Shown here piece by piece: positions 38,578-48,034 of a stretch of DNA of 64,000 nt (its first letter is position 1; the number at the start of each line of letters is the position of its first letter). Both the position numbers and the translations under genes were made by a program. Source of the stretch: Candidatus Latescibacterota bacterium (GTDB taxonomy: Bacteria > Latescibacterota > UBA2968 > UBA8231). The DNA lies in contig OZ220090.1 in the NCBI GenBank assembly GCA_964291625.2, positions 480,001 to 544,000 on the forward strand. Reading direction: 5' to 3'. The notes beneath the pieces were generated by a model that was not told the origin of the DNA, made no database searches, and saw only the letters and a list, made by a program, of their open reading frames with translations.

Positions 38578-39525
38578 TTGAGCACCCGAGAGCTGACCGC
38601 AGCCGACTGCCGCGACGTCCTCGTCGTGGCCATCACACCCCGAGGGCCCGAGGGCTCCGTCGACCTGGCCGGCGTAGGCCGCAACGTGCAGCATCTCATC
38701 GACAACGGGGCCCGCTTCCTGATGCCCATGTGCGGCACGGGCCTGGTCTACGACGCCACCCTGGAGGAGTTCGAGAGCGTCACCGGGGCTTTCCTCGACG
38801 CCGCCGACGGCCGGGCCCTGGTGGTTCCAGGCATCGGCCCGGGCTACGGCCGCGCCCTGGAGATGGCGGGCATCGCCCGTGGTCTGGGGGTGGCGGGAGC
38901 CATGATCATGCCCATCGTCGGCCCGGCCTCGGCGGGGGGGGTGTCCGAGGGCCTGGCCCGCATCGCGGGGGCCGCGGGCTTCCCGGTAGTCCTGTACCAG
39001 CGCCGGCTCGACATCATGCCCGTGGACGGCGTCGTCGACCTGTGCCACCGCGACGACGTGGTGGCGCTGAAGTACGCCGTTGATGACGTGCAGGCCTTCC
39101 GCCGCATCGCCGACGGCGCCGGTGCGGCGTGCGCCATGGTCTGCGGCATGGCCGAGGATCCCAGCGTGGAGTACCTCCGGGCCGGGGCCGTTGGCTTCAG
39201 CTCGGGGATGGCCAACTTCGTCCCCCGCATGAGCCTGAACCTGCTCTCCGCCTTCCAGCGGGGGGACGTGGAGGAGGCGGAGCGCTTGCGGAGGCTCATG
39301 GTGCCCTTCGAGGACCTCCGCGGGGAGAACGGGGCCCGCTACTCCGGTTCCGCCCTGCACGCGGCCATGGACTACGCAGGCCTCGCAGGCGGCCCCGTGA
39401 TCCCCTTCGCCGAGGACGTGGAGGCCGGCGACCTACCGCGGGTCCAGGAGTTGATGGACCTTCTCCTGGCCGAGGAGACCCGTCTGCAGGGAGACTCGAT
39501 CGCCGCCGGGGGCGGGGCTTCGTGA
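38578..39525 (+). CDS. DapA-family class I aldolase/dehydratase (KdgD-like)
   Basis: CGTG, VVLYQ, Schiff-base Lys in VALKY; AAGGAG before TTG 38578. Confidence 0.82.
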   Translation: MSTRELTAADCRDVLVVAITPRGPEGSVDLAGVGRNVQHLIDNGARFLMPMCGTGLVYDATLEEFESVTGAFLDAADGRALVVPGIGPGYGRALEMAGIARGLGVAGAMIMPIVGPASAGGVSEGLARIAGAAGFPVVLYQRRLDIMPVDGVVDLCHRDDVVALKYAVDDVQAFRRIADGAGAACAMVCGMAEDPSVEYLRAGAVGFSSGMANFVPRMSLNLLSAFQRGDVEEAERLRRLMVPFEDLRGENGARYSGSALHAAMDYAGLAGGPVIPFAEDVEAGDLPRVQELMDLLLAEETRLQGDSIAAGGGAS

Positions 39526-40640
39526 GCGGAGACGCCCCCCCGGTACGGGTCGCCCTGATCGGCCTCGGCGGCGTCTGCTCGAGCGTCCACTACCCCGGCC
39601 TGTCCCGCATCCCCGGGGTGGAGATCACCGCCCTCTGCGACGTGGACCGGGAGCAACTCGCACTCCGCGCCGCGGAGTGGGGCGTCGAGAGCTGCTACTC
39701 CGGCCTGGACGACCTCGCGAGCGCTGCCGATGTGGACGCGGTGGTCATCGCCACTCCCAATCACCAGCACCGACCGTTGATCGAGGGCGCTCTCGGAGCC
39801 GGCTTCCATGTCTTGTGCGAGAAGCCCCTTGGGATGAACCTGGCCGAGGCCATGGCGATCTACCGCCTCGCCGCCGCCTCGGGCCGGCGGCACATGACCG
39901 CCTTCACCTACCGCTTCGTACCGGCCATGGCCTACCTGAAGTCGCTGGTGGAGGCGGGAGAGCTCGGCCGGGTCCGCCACGCACGGATCCAGAGGCTGCA
40001 GGACTGGGGGGAGAGGGCCATCGGTTGGCGCCAGTACCGCCGGCTGGCGGGACTGGGGGAGCTGGGGGACATGGGCATCCACCGCATCGACTACGCCGAG
40101 GACCTGATGGGGCCCATGCGCTCGGTGTGCGCGTCGATGAAGCGGCTCCTGCCCCGGGACCGGACGGTGGACGGCCAGCCCTGCCCACCCCAGGACGTCG
40201 AGGACTGGGTCGCCTGGATCGCCGAGTTCGAGTGCGGCGCTACCGGCGTCTTCGAGATGGGGAAGCTCTCCAAGGGGCGCGGGCCCCGGGGCGACCACGA
40301 CCTGGCGGAGATCAACGGCACGGAGGCCTCTGCCGTCTACCACTTGCACCGGCCCCACGAGATCCTCTTCGCCAGGAGGGGAGAGCCTTACCGGGTACGC
40401 CCGGTGCCACCGGCTTACCTCACGAGTCCGGGCTCGCCCCGGGATCCTGCGCAGGGGGATCCGACGGCCACCTTCCGCTACGACCAAGCCTGGGAGTTCA
40501 TCAGCGCCATCCGCGGCGAGAGGGAGTGCATGCCTTCCTTCTACCACGGCATGCGGGCCCAGGCCGTGGCCGAAGCGGTGGAGGCGGCCTCCCGTGAGCG
40601 CCGGTGGGTCGATGTCCCGGAGGTCGCCGCTGCGGCGTGA
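39522..40640 (+). CDS. Gfo/Idh/MocA family oxidoreductase
   Basis: ALIGLGG, ATPN..H, HVLCEKP, GDMGIH. Confidence 0.9.
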   Translation: MSGDAPPVRVALIGLGGVCSSVHYPGLSRIPGVEITALCDVDREQLALRAAEWGVESCYSGLDDLASAADVDAVVIATPNHQHRPLIEGALGAGFHVLCEKPLGMNLAEAMAIYRLAAASGRRHMTAFTYRFVPAMAYLKSLVEAGELGRVRHARIQRLQDWGERAIGWRQYRRLAGLGELGDMGIHRIDYAEDLMGPMRSVCASMKRLLPRDRTVDGQPCPPQDVEDWVAWIAEFECGATGVFEMGKLSKGRGPRGDHDLAEINGTEASAVYHLHRPHEILFARRGEPYRVRPVPPAYLTSPGSPRDPAQGDPTATFRYDQAWEFISAIRGERECMPSFYHGMRAQAVAEAVEAASRERRWVDVPEVAAAA

Positions 40641-40664
40641 GACCCGCCCGCCGAGACCCGCTCG

Positions 40665-42209
40665 CTACGGCCGTCGAGGAAAGCGTCCGCGGCACAAGGC
40701 CCAGGCACCGAGGACGGCGGCGCTGAGCAGGAACACCCAGTCCCCCCAGCGGGTATGGATTGTCGATTCACTCCGAGGCTGCACCCTCGCCGCAATCGTC
40801 TCCGTCTCCAGGAGGCGGGTCCGCTCCCGGATCCGCCCGCTCGGTTCGATGATGCAGGAGATCCCCGTGTTGGCGGCCCGCAGGACGGGGCGGCCGGTCT
40901 CCACGGCGCGCATCACACACATGGCCAGGTGCTGCATCGGAGCCGCGGAGGTTCCGAACCAGGCATCGTTTGTGGTGTTCACCAGCAGGGTGGCTCCCCT
41001 TGCCGCGAGAGTCCGCGGAATCGACGGGAAGATCGACTCATAGCAGATGAAGACGCCCAGCTCCGCCTCCACTCCCGGCAGTGGCAGCACCTTGTGGTCC
41101 TTCCCGGGATCGAACCGCCCGCTGTGCACCGTCAGCTCCCGGAGGTAGCCGAAGACCCGGGGCAGGGGGAGAAACTCCCCGAAAGGCACCAGGTGGACCT
41201 TGTCCACCGAGCCGATGACGGTCCCCTCCCGGCCGATGAGGAATGACCGGTTGTAGAGCCCTGGCTGCCCCGAGGGGGAGAGGGACCCGAGGCTGCCCAC
41301 CAGCAGGGGGGTGCCCGTGTCGCGGGCGAGTTCCTCGACCTGCCGCCGATGGTGGCGGTTCGCCCCCGCGTCGAGGCGGAAGGGAAGGGCGGTCTCCGGC
41401 CACAGGATGAGGTCCAGGGGGCCTTTCTCCCGCACCAGCGCGCGGGTCAGCCCGCTGTAGTGATCCGTCGCCGAGCGGACCCCAGACCCCAGCCACTTCT
41501 CGCCCTGGGGGACGTTGCCCTGGACGATGCCGACCCGCAGGGTCCCGGGGGACGTCTCCTCCATGCCGCCGAGGCGGACGAAACCAGCCGCCACGCAAAG
41601 CGATACCAGGAGTCCCGGCGGCAGCAGCCAGCGCAATCGGACGAATGGTTGGACGATGGCCTGCGCCGCCGCGGCGTTGACAAGGACGATGAGGAAAGTG
41701 ATCCCGTGAACCCCGGTCACCGCGGCCATCTGAGCCACGGCCGGGTATCGGTACTGGGTATAGCCGAGCAGCTCCCAGGGAAACCCGCTGAGCATCCAGG
41801 TCTGCACCCAGTCCAGCAGCGTCCACTGGCAGGCCGCCAGCCACGGAAAGGCGCCGGAGGTGCGCGGCAGGCGCCGACAGAGCAGCAGGAACAGCGCCGG
41901 GTACGCCGACAGGTACAGGATGAGGAGGGCCGTGGTCAGGCAGGCGAGAGGGAAGCCGAGCCCGCCGTAGAGCTGCAGGGTCCCGGCGACCCAGTAGACG
42001 CGCCCCAAGCCGGAGGTCAGACCGAAGGAGAGGCCGGCCAAGGCCGCCTGCCCGCGGGAGAGGGGCAGGCCGCATCGGCCGCCGAGAACGAGAATGAGGC
42101 AGGGGACCAGGCAGCCCCAGGCGATCCACCCCTGGTCGGCCTTGGGCAGGGCCAGCCAGTAGAGCACGCCGCCTCCGGCGCCAACGAGGGCGCTGACGCC
42201 GGAGGGCAC
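40665..42209 (-). CDS. lnt: apolipoprotein N-acyltransferase
   Basis: GFPWELLGY, QGN, WPETA, KVHLVPFGE, ICYES, TNDAWFG, RAANTGIS. Confidence 0.93.
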   Translation of the reverse strand: MPSGVSALVGAGGGVLYWLALPKADQGWIAWGCLVPCLILVLGGRCGLPLSRGQAALAGLSFGLTSGLGRVYWVAGTLQLYGGLGFPLACLTTALLILYLSAYPALFLLLCRRLPRTSGAFPWLAACQWTLLDWVQTWMLSGFPWELLGYTQYRYPAVAQMAAVTGVHGITFLIVLVNAAAAQAIVQPFVRLRWLLPPGLLVSLCVAAGFVRLGGMEETSPGTLRVGIVQGNVPQGEKWLGSGVRSATDHYSGLTRALVREKGPLDLILWPETALPFRLDAGANRHHRRQVEELARDTGTPLLVGSLGSLSPSGQPGLYNRSFLIGREGTVIGSVDKVHLVPFGEFLPLPRVFGYLRELTVHSGRFDPGKDHKVLPLPGVEAELGVFICYESIFPSIPRTLAARGATLLVNTTNDAWFGTSAAPMQHLAMCVMRAVETGRPVLRAANTGISCIIEPSGRIRERTRLLETETIAARVQPRSESTIHTRWGDWVFLLSAAVLGAWALCRGRFPRRP

Positions 42210-42538
42210 TACAACTCCAGATACTCGACCAGAGGCTCGCGCAGTTTTTCCAGGGCGCCCCCTTCGAGATCCCTGACCTCCTGGCGGGACAGGCGCAGGC
42301 GGGCCGCCACGGCGCCGGGGGAGCGTTTCTCCTGGTAGCGCAGCTTCACCACTTCGAGCTCCCGGGAGTTCAGTCTCTCCAGGGCTCCGGTAACGACCTG
42401 GCGCAATTCCTGGCTCTCCACCAGATCGAGGGGGGAGTCGGGCAGGAGCAGGGAGATGAACCGTTCGTCCAGGGGCACCCGGCCGGTGGGTCCGGGGCCC
42501 GTGGGGGGATCCTGGCAGATGCGGTCAAATCTCGACAT
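42209..42538 (-). CDS. stand-alone sigma-70 region-4 (HTH) protein
   Basis: ALERLNSRELEVVKLRY...VAARLRLSRQEVRDLEGGALEKLR; strong AGGAGG RBS; no region 2. Confidence 0.72.
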   Translation of the reverse strand: MSRFDRICQDPPTGPGPTGRVPLDERFISLLLPDSPLDLVESQELRQVVTGALERLNSRELEVVKLRYQEKRSPGAVAARLRLSRQEVRDLEGGALEKLREPLVEYLEL

Positions 42539-42556
42539 GTCCCTCCTGGAGCCAAT

Positions 42557-42587
42557 AAAAAAACAGGGAGCCGTTTCCGACTCCCTG
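42557..42587 (-). terminator. intrinsic terminator after tRNA-fMet
   Basis: CAGGGAGTCG-GAAA-CGGCTCCCTG followed by T7 on the minus strand. Confidence 0.85.
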
Positions 42588-42595
42588 ATCGGTTA

Positions 42596-42672
<77 letters not shown>

Positions 42673-42718
42673 ACACCCTTGGAATATACGTATTGGGGGC
42701 GTGGATGCAACCCTGTCG

Positions 42719-44053
42719 TCACTCCCGCGAATCCGGCGGGGACCCGTCAGGGGCGGAGTCCCCGTTCGGACGCCGCTGCATCTGCACCTCCGAGATCCGC
42801 TGCCCATCGACGGCCAGAATGGTGATCTCGAAGCCAGGGACGAGGATCGACTGGCCGGCGCCCGGCACGTGTCCCAGGTGGTCATAGATGAAGCCTCCCA
42901 AGGTGTCGAAGCCATCGCTCGGAAGGTCGGAGTCCAGCAACTCGTTCAGTTCCTCGATATTGATGCGCGGATTGACGATCAGCACCTCGTCGGGCTGCCA
43001 GTGATACAGGGTCTCCTCGGCGTCGTACTCGTCTTGCAGCTCGCCGACGATCTCCTCCACGAGGTCCTCGGTGGTCACCAGGCCGGCGGTGCCTCCGTAC
43101 TCGTCGACGACGATGGCCAGCCGTGTCCGGGCCTGGCGCAGGTCGCGCAGCAACTGGTCGATCTTCCGGGTCTCGGGCACGTAGAAGGGCTCGTGCAACA
43201 GCCGGAGACCCTCGCCGTCCCCGGTGGGGACCTCGTCCAGAAGCCGGCGCATGGGAGACTCGCCGTCGACGGCGTTCGGCCCATCGAGGAGCCGCAGTAG
43301 ATCCTTGGCGTAGAGGATGCCGAGGATCGAGTCGAGAGACTCCTCGTACACGGGGACTCGGGAATGCCCCTGGCCCCGGATCGTGCTCAACAGGTCGGCC
43401 ACGCTTCCGCCGATCTCCACGGCGGTGATGTCCACTCGCGGCACCATCACCTCTCGAGCCACCCGGTCGTGGAAGCCGAAGACCCCCTGGATCATGTCGC
43501 GCTCGCCCTCGTCCAGCACGCCGGTCTCGCCTTCCGAGTCGACCAGGCTGCGAAGCTCCTCCTCCTTCTGCGCCTTGAACTCCTCGTCGGAGTAGTCGAC
43601 GGCGGCGATGCGTTGCACCACGGCCGCCAGGGGGCCGAGAAGGAGGTGAAGTGGTATGTACAGCAGGGCCAGCGGCGGGATCCGGGGTTCCTCGCCTTCG
43701 GGCTCGAAACGGACGCGGCGCGCCGTGGACGCCAGGAGCAGGCAGAGGGAGGCGGCGGCCGTCACCGCCAGCGCCGACCACTTCGCGTCGAGGTGGAAGC
43801 GAAGCAGGTAGTAGAGCGAGAGGGTCAGGGCAACGGTGCAGAATCCCTGGCCGAGGCGGGAGATCAGCAGGAGGCGATAGCGCGGCTCGTGGACACGCAG
43901 CATCTGGTTGGCGCGAGGCACGCCGGTGTCGACCATCTTCTCCAAAGACGAACGGGGAAGGACACCCAGAGTCGCCTCATAGCTGGCGAGAACGAAGAGC
44001 GCAGCAGAGGAGAGGATGGTCAGGGTGAGTGCGGCTATTTGGGGAGGTTCCAA
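42719..44053 (-). CDS. hemolysin/CorC family CBS-domain protein (CNNM-CBS-CorC)
   Basis: VAREVMVPR, HSRVPVY, IVVDEYGGTAGLVTTEDLVEEIVGE, TLGGF. Confidence 0.9.
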   Translation of the reverse strand: MEPPQIAALTLTILSSAALFVLASYEATLGVLPRSSLEKMVDTGVPRANQMLRVHEPRYRLLLISRLGQGFCTVALTLSLYYLLRFHLDAKWSALAVTAAASLCLLLASTARRVRFEPEGEEPRIPPLALLYIPLHLLLGPLAAVVQRIAAVDYSDEEFKAQKEEELRSLVDSEGETGVLDEGERDMIQGVFGFHDRVAREVMVPRVDITAVEIGGSVADLLSTIRGQGHSRVPVYEESLDSILGILYAKDLLRLLDGPNAVDGESPMRRLLDEVPTGDGEGLRLLHEPFYVPETRKIDQLLRDLRQARTRLAIVVDEYGGTAGLVTTEDLVEEIVGELQDEYDAEETLYHWQPDEVLIVNPRINIEELNELLDSDLPSDGFDTLGGFIYDHLGHVPGAGQSILVPGFEITILAVDGQRISEVQMQRRPNGDSAPDGSPPDSRE

Positions 44054-44120
44054 GAAACGGCTCTCCCACTCCTTTCTGAAAGACAGCCCGCCAGGGCTGT
44101 AGGCTGGAACGGCACCGAGG

Positions 44121-44606
44121 TCACCGCTGCCCGGCCGGACAGGGTGAGGGGTAGACGAAACGCTCCGTCTCCCGCTCCATGACCTCGAGTTGAGCGGAGG
44201 TCTGGTGGTCGAACCCCGCCAGGTGGAGAAGCCCGTGGACGAGGAGTCGGGTGAGTTCAGCTTCCACCGTCACCCCCCGCTCCGTAGCCTGCGCCGTGGC
44301 GCGAGGCAGGGAGATGTAGATCTCTCCCGCGGGTGCCTCGAACTCCGCCGGGGAAAGCACGCTGCCGCCTCCATTCCGGCTGTCCGGGTCTTCCCTCAGG
44401 GAAAAAGAGAGCACGTCCGTACTCCGGTCCCGCCCGCGGAAGGATGCGTTGATGCGGCGAACCTCGGCGTCGTTGGTCAGGACCGCCTCCACCGGGCCTC
44501 CGGCCGCGTGCACGGTCAGGACCCTCCGGGCCACAGCGGCCAGGTAGTGGCGGGTCGTGGCCGGTACGGCCTCAGGCAGGTCCGGGCTGCAGTGCAGTAG
44601 AAACAT
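44121..44606 (-). CDS. ybeY: rRNA maturation endoribonuclease YbeY
   Basis: TDVLSF, GEIYIS, HGLLHLAGFDH. Confidence 0.93.
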   Translation of the reverse strand: MFLLHCSPDLPEAVPATTRHYLAAVARRVLTVHAAGGPVEAVLTNDAEVRRINASFRGRDRSTDVLSFSLREDPDSRNGGGSVLSPAEFEAPAGEIYISLPRATAQATERGVTVEAELTRLLVHGLLHLAGFDHQTSAQLEVMERETERFVYPSPCPAGQR

Positions 44607-46848
44607 GGGCCTGACTCCCCTTGGTCTGCCAGGGGTATTCGAGCCGCCCGTGCAGGGTTCCCATGAGCACGGGGAGGAAGGACTCTTCGACGCCATGCAG
44701 GTCACGCAACGTCAACGGACACTCGTCGAGCTCCCCGGCCGTAAACTTCTGCTGAATGATGCGCCGCACCAACTGACGCACCCGATTCGGGGTGTGATCG
44801 GAGAGGGTTCGGGCCGCCGACTCGACCGAGTCGGCCAGCATCAGAATACCGGCCTCCTTCGTCTGGGGCTTGGGGCCATCGTACCGGAAGTCGTCGCGGC
44901 GCACGTTCTCCAGGCCCTGCTCGATGGCCCGGTTGTAGAAGTACTCGATCACCGTCGTTCCGTGATGCTGGGGAATCAGGTCGATCAAGGCCTTGGGCAG
45001 CCCGTTCTCTTCCGCCAGCTCCACGCCGTCCTTGACGTGGGAGTCGAGGATGAGGGCGCTCATGTTGGGCGTCAGCTGATCGTGCGGATTGCGGCCGCCG
45101 CGCAAGCCCTGGTTTTCGGTGAAGTACTCGGGCTTGAGCATCTTGCCGATATCGTGGTAGTAGCACCCGACCCGGGCCAGCAGGGGATTGGCGTCGATCC
45201 GCTGCGCCGCCGCCTCTGACAGGTTGGCCATGATCAGGGAGTGGGTGTACGTGCCGGGGGCCTGGATCGCCAGCTCCCTCAGCAGCGGGCGGTTCAGGTC
45301 GGACAACTCCAGAAGGGTGATATCGGTGGTCACCCTGAAGAGGCTCTCGAAGATCGGCAGCAGTCCCTGGATCACGATGGGCGCGGCCACTCCGATGAAG
45401 ACCCCAGGCAGTACATGCTCGGGTATGTCGTCGATGTTGACGAACCGGAGCAGGTCCGTGGCGGCGATCAGCAAGGCATAGGAGGCGGTGAGCAGGACCA
45501 TGGGCCTGTAGAACTGATTCCGGTGACGCACGTGCCGCAAGGAGAACACGGCGACGGCGGAGGTGAGTGCGCAGATCATGGCCACGTAGAAGTCGCCGAA
45601 GAGGGTGCCGATGAAGAGGGCGAGGAGGAAGGAGACGACCAGGGCGAGTTGGGGGCTCAGGAGAATCGTCAGCAGCATGGCCGCCAGGGGAGTGGGCACG
45701 AAGTAGGTGGGGATGTCGTTGACCCGGATGTAGGAAGCGATCCCCGCCGTCGACAGGGTGATGATGGCCAGGAGCAGCAGCAGATTGGGGCTGTCGAAGA
45801 CGGCCCGTTCGCGGGCGGACAGGTAGAAACCGAGGACGAGTAGAATGAAAGCCGCGATCACGCCCGAGCTCAGGACTTGATAGAGGCTCGTGGCGAAGTC
45901 CTTCTCGGCCACCTCCGTCAAATGCTCCGCGAGGGCGTCGAGAGCCTCCACATGGTGGGGCTCCACCTTCGCGTTCTTGTCGACGATCATCTCGTCCTGG
46001 AGGTAGCGGCGCTTGATCCGGGCTACGCTGCGCCGGGCCTCCTCGCGCTGCTGCCGCGTGAGCGCTGCGTCCACCACCACGTTTGCCGAGACGAACAGCC
46101 CGAGGAGTTCATGCACGGCCTCGGCCGCCCCGCTGGAGGCCAGGGAAGAGTAGCTTCCGATGAGAGACAGGAGCTCGCCCCGCCTCAAGGACCCGGCCTC
46201 GTAGAGGTCGTCGATGGGGACCTCCCGACCCTCGAGGCGGGCTTGGCGGGTCAGGGCGGTGAGGGTGTCGTCACGGGAGGCCAGGATGCCCGTGGAAAAG
46301 GCATTGGCAAGCACCTGCCGGGCGGCTTGTCGAAAGGCCGCGATCGTGTCGGGCGGCGCCGCGGACAAGGCCGCGATGAGCTTCCTCAGCGCATCCTCGG
46401 AGAGGGAACCGATGACGTCGGGCAACTCTCTCTGCAGCCGCCTTTGCTTCACGGACTCGGGCATCTCCATCCGTATGTTGGGCAGCAGCACGTCAAACAC
46501 CGAGTCGAGGCGCGAGAGCTGCCGGTCCCCGATCTGGGCGTGCAGCGACAACTGCGTGGGCACTCGCCGTTCGGCCTCGAGACGCTCCCGTTCCAGTTCT
46601 TCCGCTCCCTTGCGCACGAAGAAGGTCTGGGAGGCGTTGATTCGCTCGGGGGCGATGCTGCCGACGCGCAGCTTGGTGACGTGGTGGGGGCGCTGGAAGG
46701 GTGAAAAGTAGGTCAGCAGGCCGGTGGCCCCGAGGGCGAGGGCGAGCCGGTACAGCCGCATGCCGGCTGCTCCCGGGGGGCCCTTCTTCTGACGGCTCGG
46801 CGGCGATGCCGGGGAGGCCCACGGCCGTCTCAGGGAAGGGGTGTTCAC
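44572..46848 (-). CDS. 7TM-HDIG phosphohydrolase (PgpH-type cyclic-di-AMP phosphodiesterase)
   Basis: Extracellular domain, about 7 TM, APGTYTHS, YYHDIGK, QHHGT, MLADSVE; GTGA overlap with phoH (alternative ATG at 46761). Confidence 0.88.
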   Translation of the reverse strand: MNTPSLRRPWASPASPPSRQKKGPPGAAGMRLYRLALALGATGLLTYFSPFQRPHHVTKLRVGSIAPERINASQTFFVRKGAEELERERLEAERRVPTQLSLHAQIGDRQLSRLDSVFDVLLPNIRMEMPESVKQRRLQRELPDVIGSLSEDALRKLIAALSAAPPDTIAAFRQAARQVLANAFSTGILASRDDTLTALTRQARLEGREVPIDDLYEAGSLRRGELLSLIGSYSSLASSGAAEAVHELLGLFVSANVVVDAALTRQQREEARRSVARIKRRYLQDEMIVDKNAKVEPHHVEALDALAEHLTEVAEKDFATSLYQVLSSGVIAAFILLVLGFYLSARERAVFDSPNLLLLLAIITLSTAGIASYIRVNDIPTYFVPTPLAAMLLTILLSPQLALVVSFLLALFIGTLFGDFYVAMICALTSAVAVFSLRHVRHRNQFYRPMVLLTASYALLIAATDLLRFVNIDDIPEHVLPGVFIGVAAPIVIQGLLPIFESLFRVTTDITLLELSDLNRPLLRELAIQAPGTYTHSLIMANLSEAAAQRIDANPLLARVGCYYHDIGKMLKPEYFTENQGLRGGRNPHDQLTPNMSALILDSHVKDGVELAEENGLPKALIDLIPQHHGTTVIEYFYNRAIEQGLENVRRDDFRYDGPKPQTKEAGILMLADSVESAARTLSDHTPNRVRQLVRRIIQQKFTAGELDECPLTLRDLHGVEESFLPVLMGTLHGRLEYPWQTKGSQAHVSTALQPGPA

Positions 46849-47828
46849 GCCGGGGACACCGTTTGCATCCCGCGCCCGTCTCCTGCCTCCGCCGGGTCCC
46901 GTCCCTCGCCGTGGCGCTCGTAGGCCTGCACGATGCGCTGCACGAGGGGATTGCGCACGACATCGCGCTCGGTCAGATGGATGAAGTGGCAACCCTCGAT
47001 GTCCCGCAGGACGCTGCGTACATCGACCAGGCCCGACACCTGTCCGTCGGGGAGATCCGTCTGGGTGATGTCTCCGGTGACCACCGCCCTGGACCCCGCA
47101 CCCAGACGGGTGAGGAACATCTTCATCTGCGCCGGCGTCGTGTTCTGCGCCTCGTCGAGAATGACGAAGGAGTCGTTCAGCGTACGTCCGCGCATGAAGG
47201 CCAGGGGGGCGACCTCGACGACTTTCATGCTCTGAAGGCGCGCCAGCCGCTCGGACTCGAGAAGCTCCTGAAGCGCGTCGTAGAGGGGGCGCAAATAGGG
47301 ATCAACCTTTTCCTCCAAGGCACCGGGCAGGAACCCCAGGTTCTCACCGGCTTCCACCGCTGGTCTCGCCAGGACGATCCGGGAGACTCTCTTCTGCTTG
47401 AGGGAGGAGACCGCGGCGGCGACGGCGAGATAGGTCTTCCCCGTGCCTGCCGGGCCGATGGCGAAGACCATGTCGCTGCGTCGAAGGGCTTCGAAGTATG
47501 CGAGCTGGCCGCCGCTGCGGGCGCGCACGGTGGTCCGGTAGGTCCGGAAGCCTCGTCCGCCGAGGGACTCAGCCGAGGTCGCCCGGGCATGGGGAGAGAG
47601 GGTTTGCAGGTCCCGTTGAAGGAGAGCCTGGACATCCTCCTCCCCGAGGTCGGGGTCATTGCGCAAGCTCTCGATGACCGTCTCCAGCAGACCGCTGGCG
47701 ATTTCTATCGACTCCTCCGGGCCGTCGACCAGGAGCCGCTCGCCGCGGGCCACCAAGGACACTCCGCAACTGTTTTCGAGGGACTGCAGGTTCCGGTCGT
47801 TGTGGCCAAACAGCGCGACCGGATCCAC
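46845..47828 (-). CDS. phoH: PhoH family ATPase
   Basis: GPAGTGKT, RPAVEAGE, LGFLPG, RGRTL, DEAQN, GDITQTDL; true start may lie a few codons upstream. Confidence 0.93.
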   Translation of the reverse strand: MDPVALFGHNDRNLQSLENSCGVSLVARGERLLVDGPEESIEIASGLLETVIESLRNDPDLGEEDVQALLQRDLQTLSPHARATSAESLGGRGFRTYRTTVRARSGGQLAYFEALRRSDMVFAIGPAGTGKTYLAVAAAVSSLKQKRVSRIVLARPAVEAGENLGFLPGALEEKVDPYLRPLYDALQELLESERLARLQSMKVVEVAPLAFMRGRTLNDSFVILDEAQNTTPAQMKMFLTRLGAGSRAVVTGDITQTDLPDGQVSGLVDVRSVLRDIEGCHFIHLTERDVVRNPLVQRIVQAYERHGEGRDPAEAGDGRGMQTVSPA

Positions 47829-47909
47829 CTCGGCGATGGAGATGGTCTTCTTCAGATCTCTCGTGGGGGCGTGATCAGGAGTTGATCAGGTGAGGATGCT
47901 CAAGAGACG

Positions 47910-47952
47910 AAAAGGGATTCGGATTCCGGTAAAGGCCCGGTCCGAATCCCTT
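47910..47952 (-). terminator. intrinsic terminator of the lipoprotein-LysM operon
   Basis: 12-bp stem AAGGGATTCGGA/TCCGAATCCCTT followed by T residues on the minus strand. Confidence 0.7.
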
Positions 47953-48034
47953 CACGCTGCTACTCCGAAATGAGTTGATGCAACGAACCTCAGATTCCCT
48001 TCAGGAAACTCGAATCCTCCGACGGGAGTACTCT

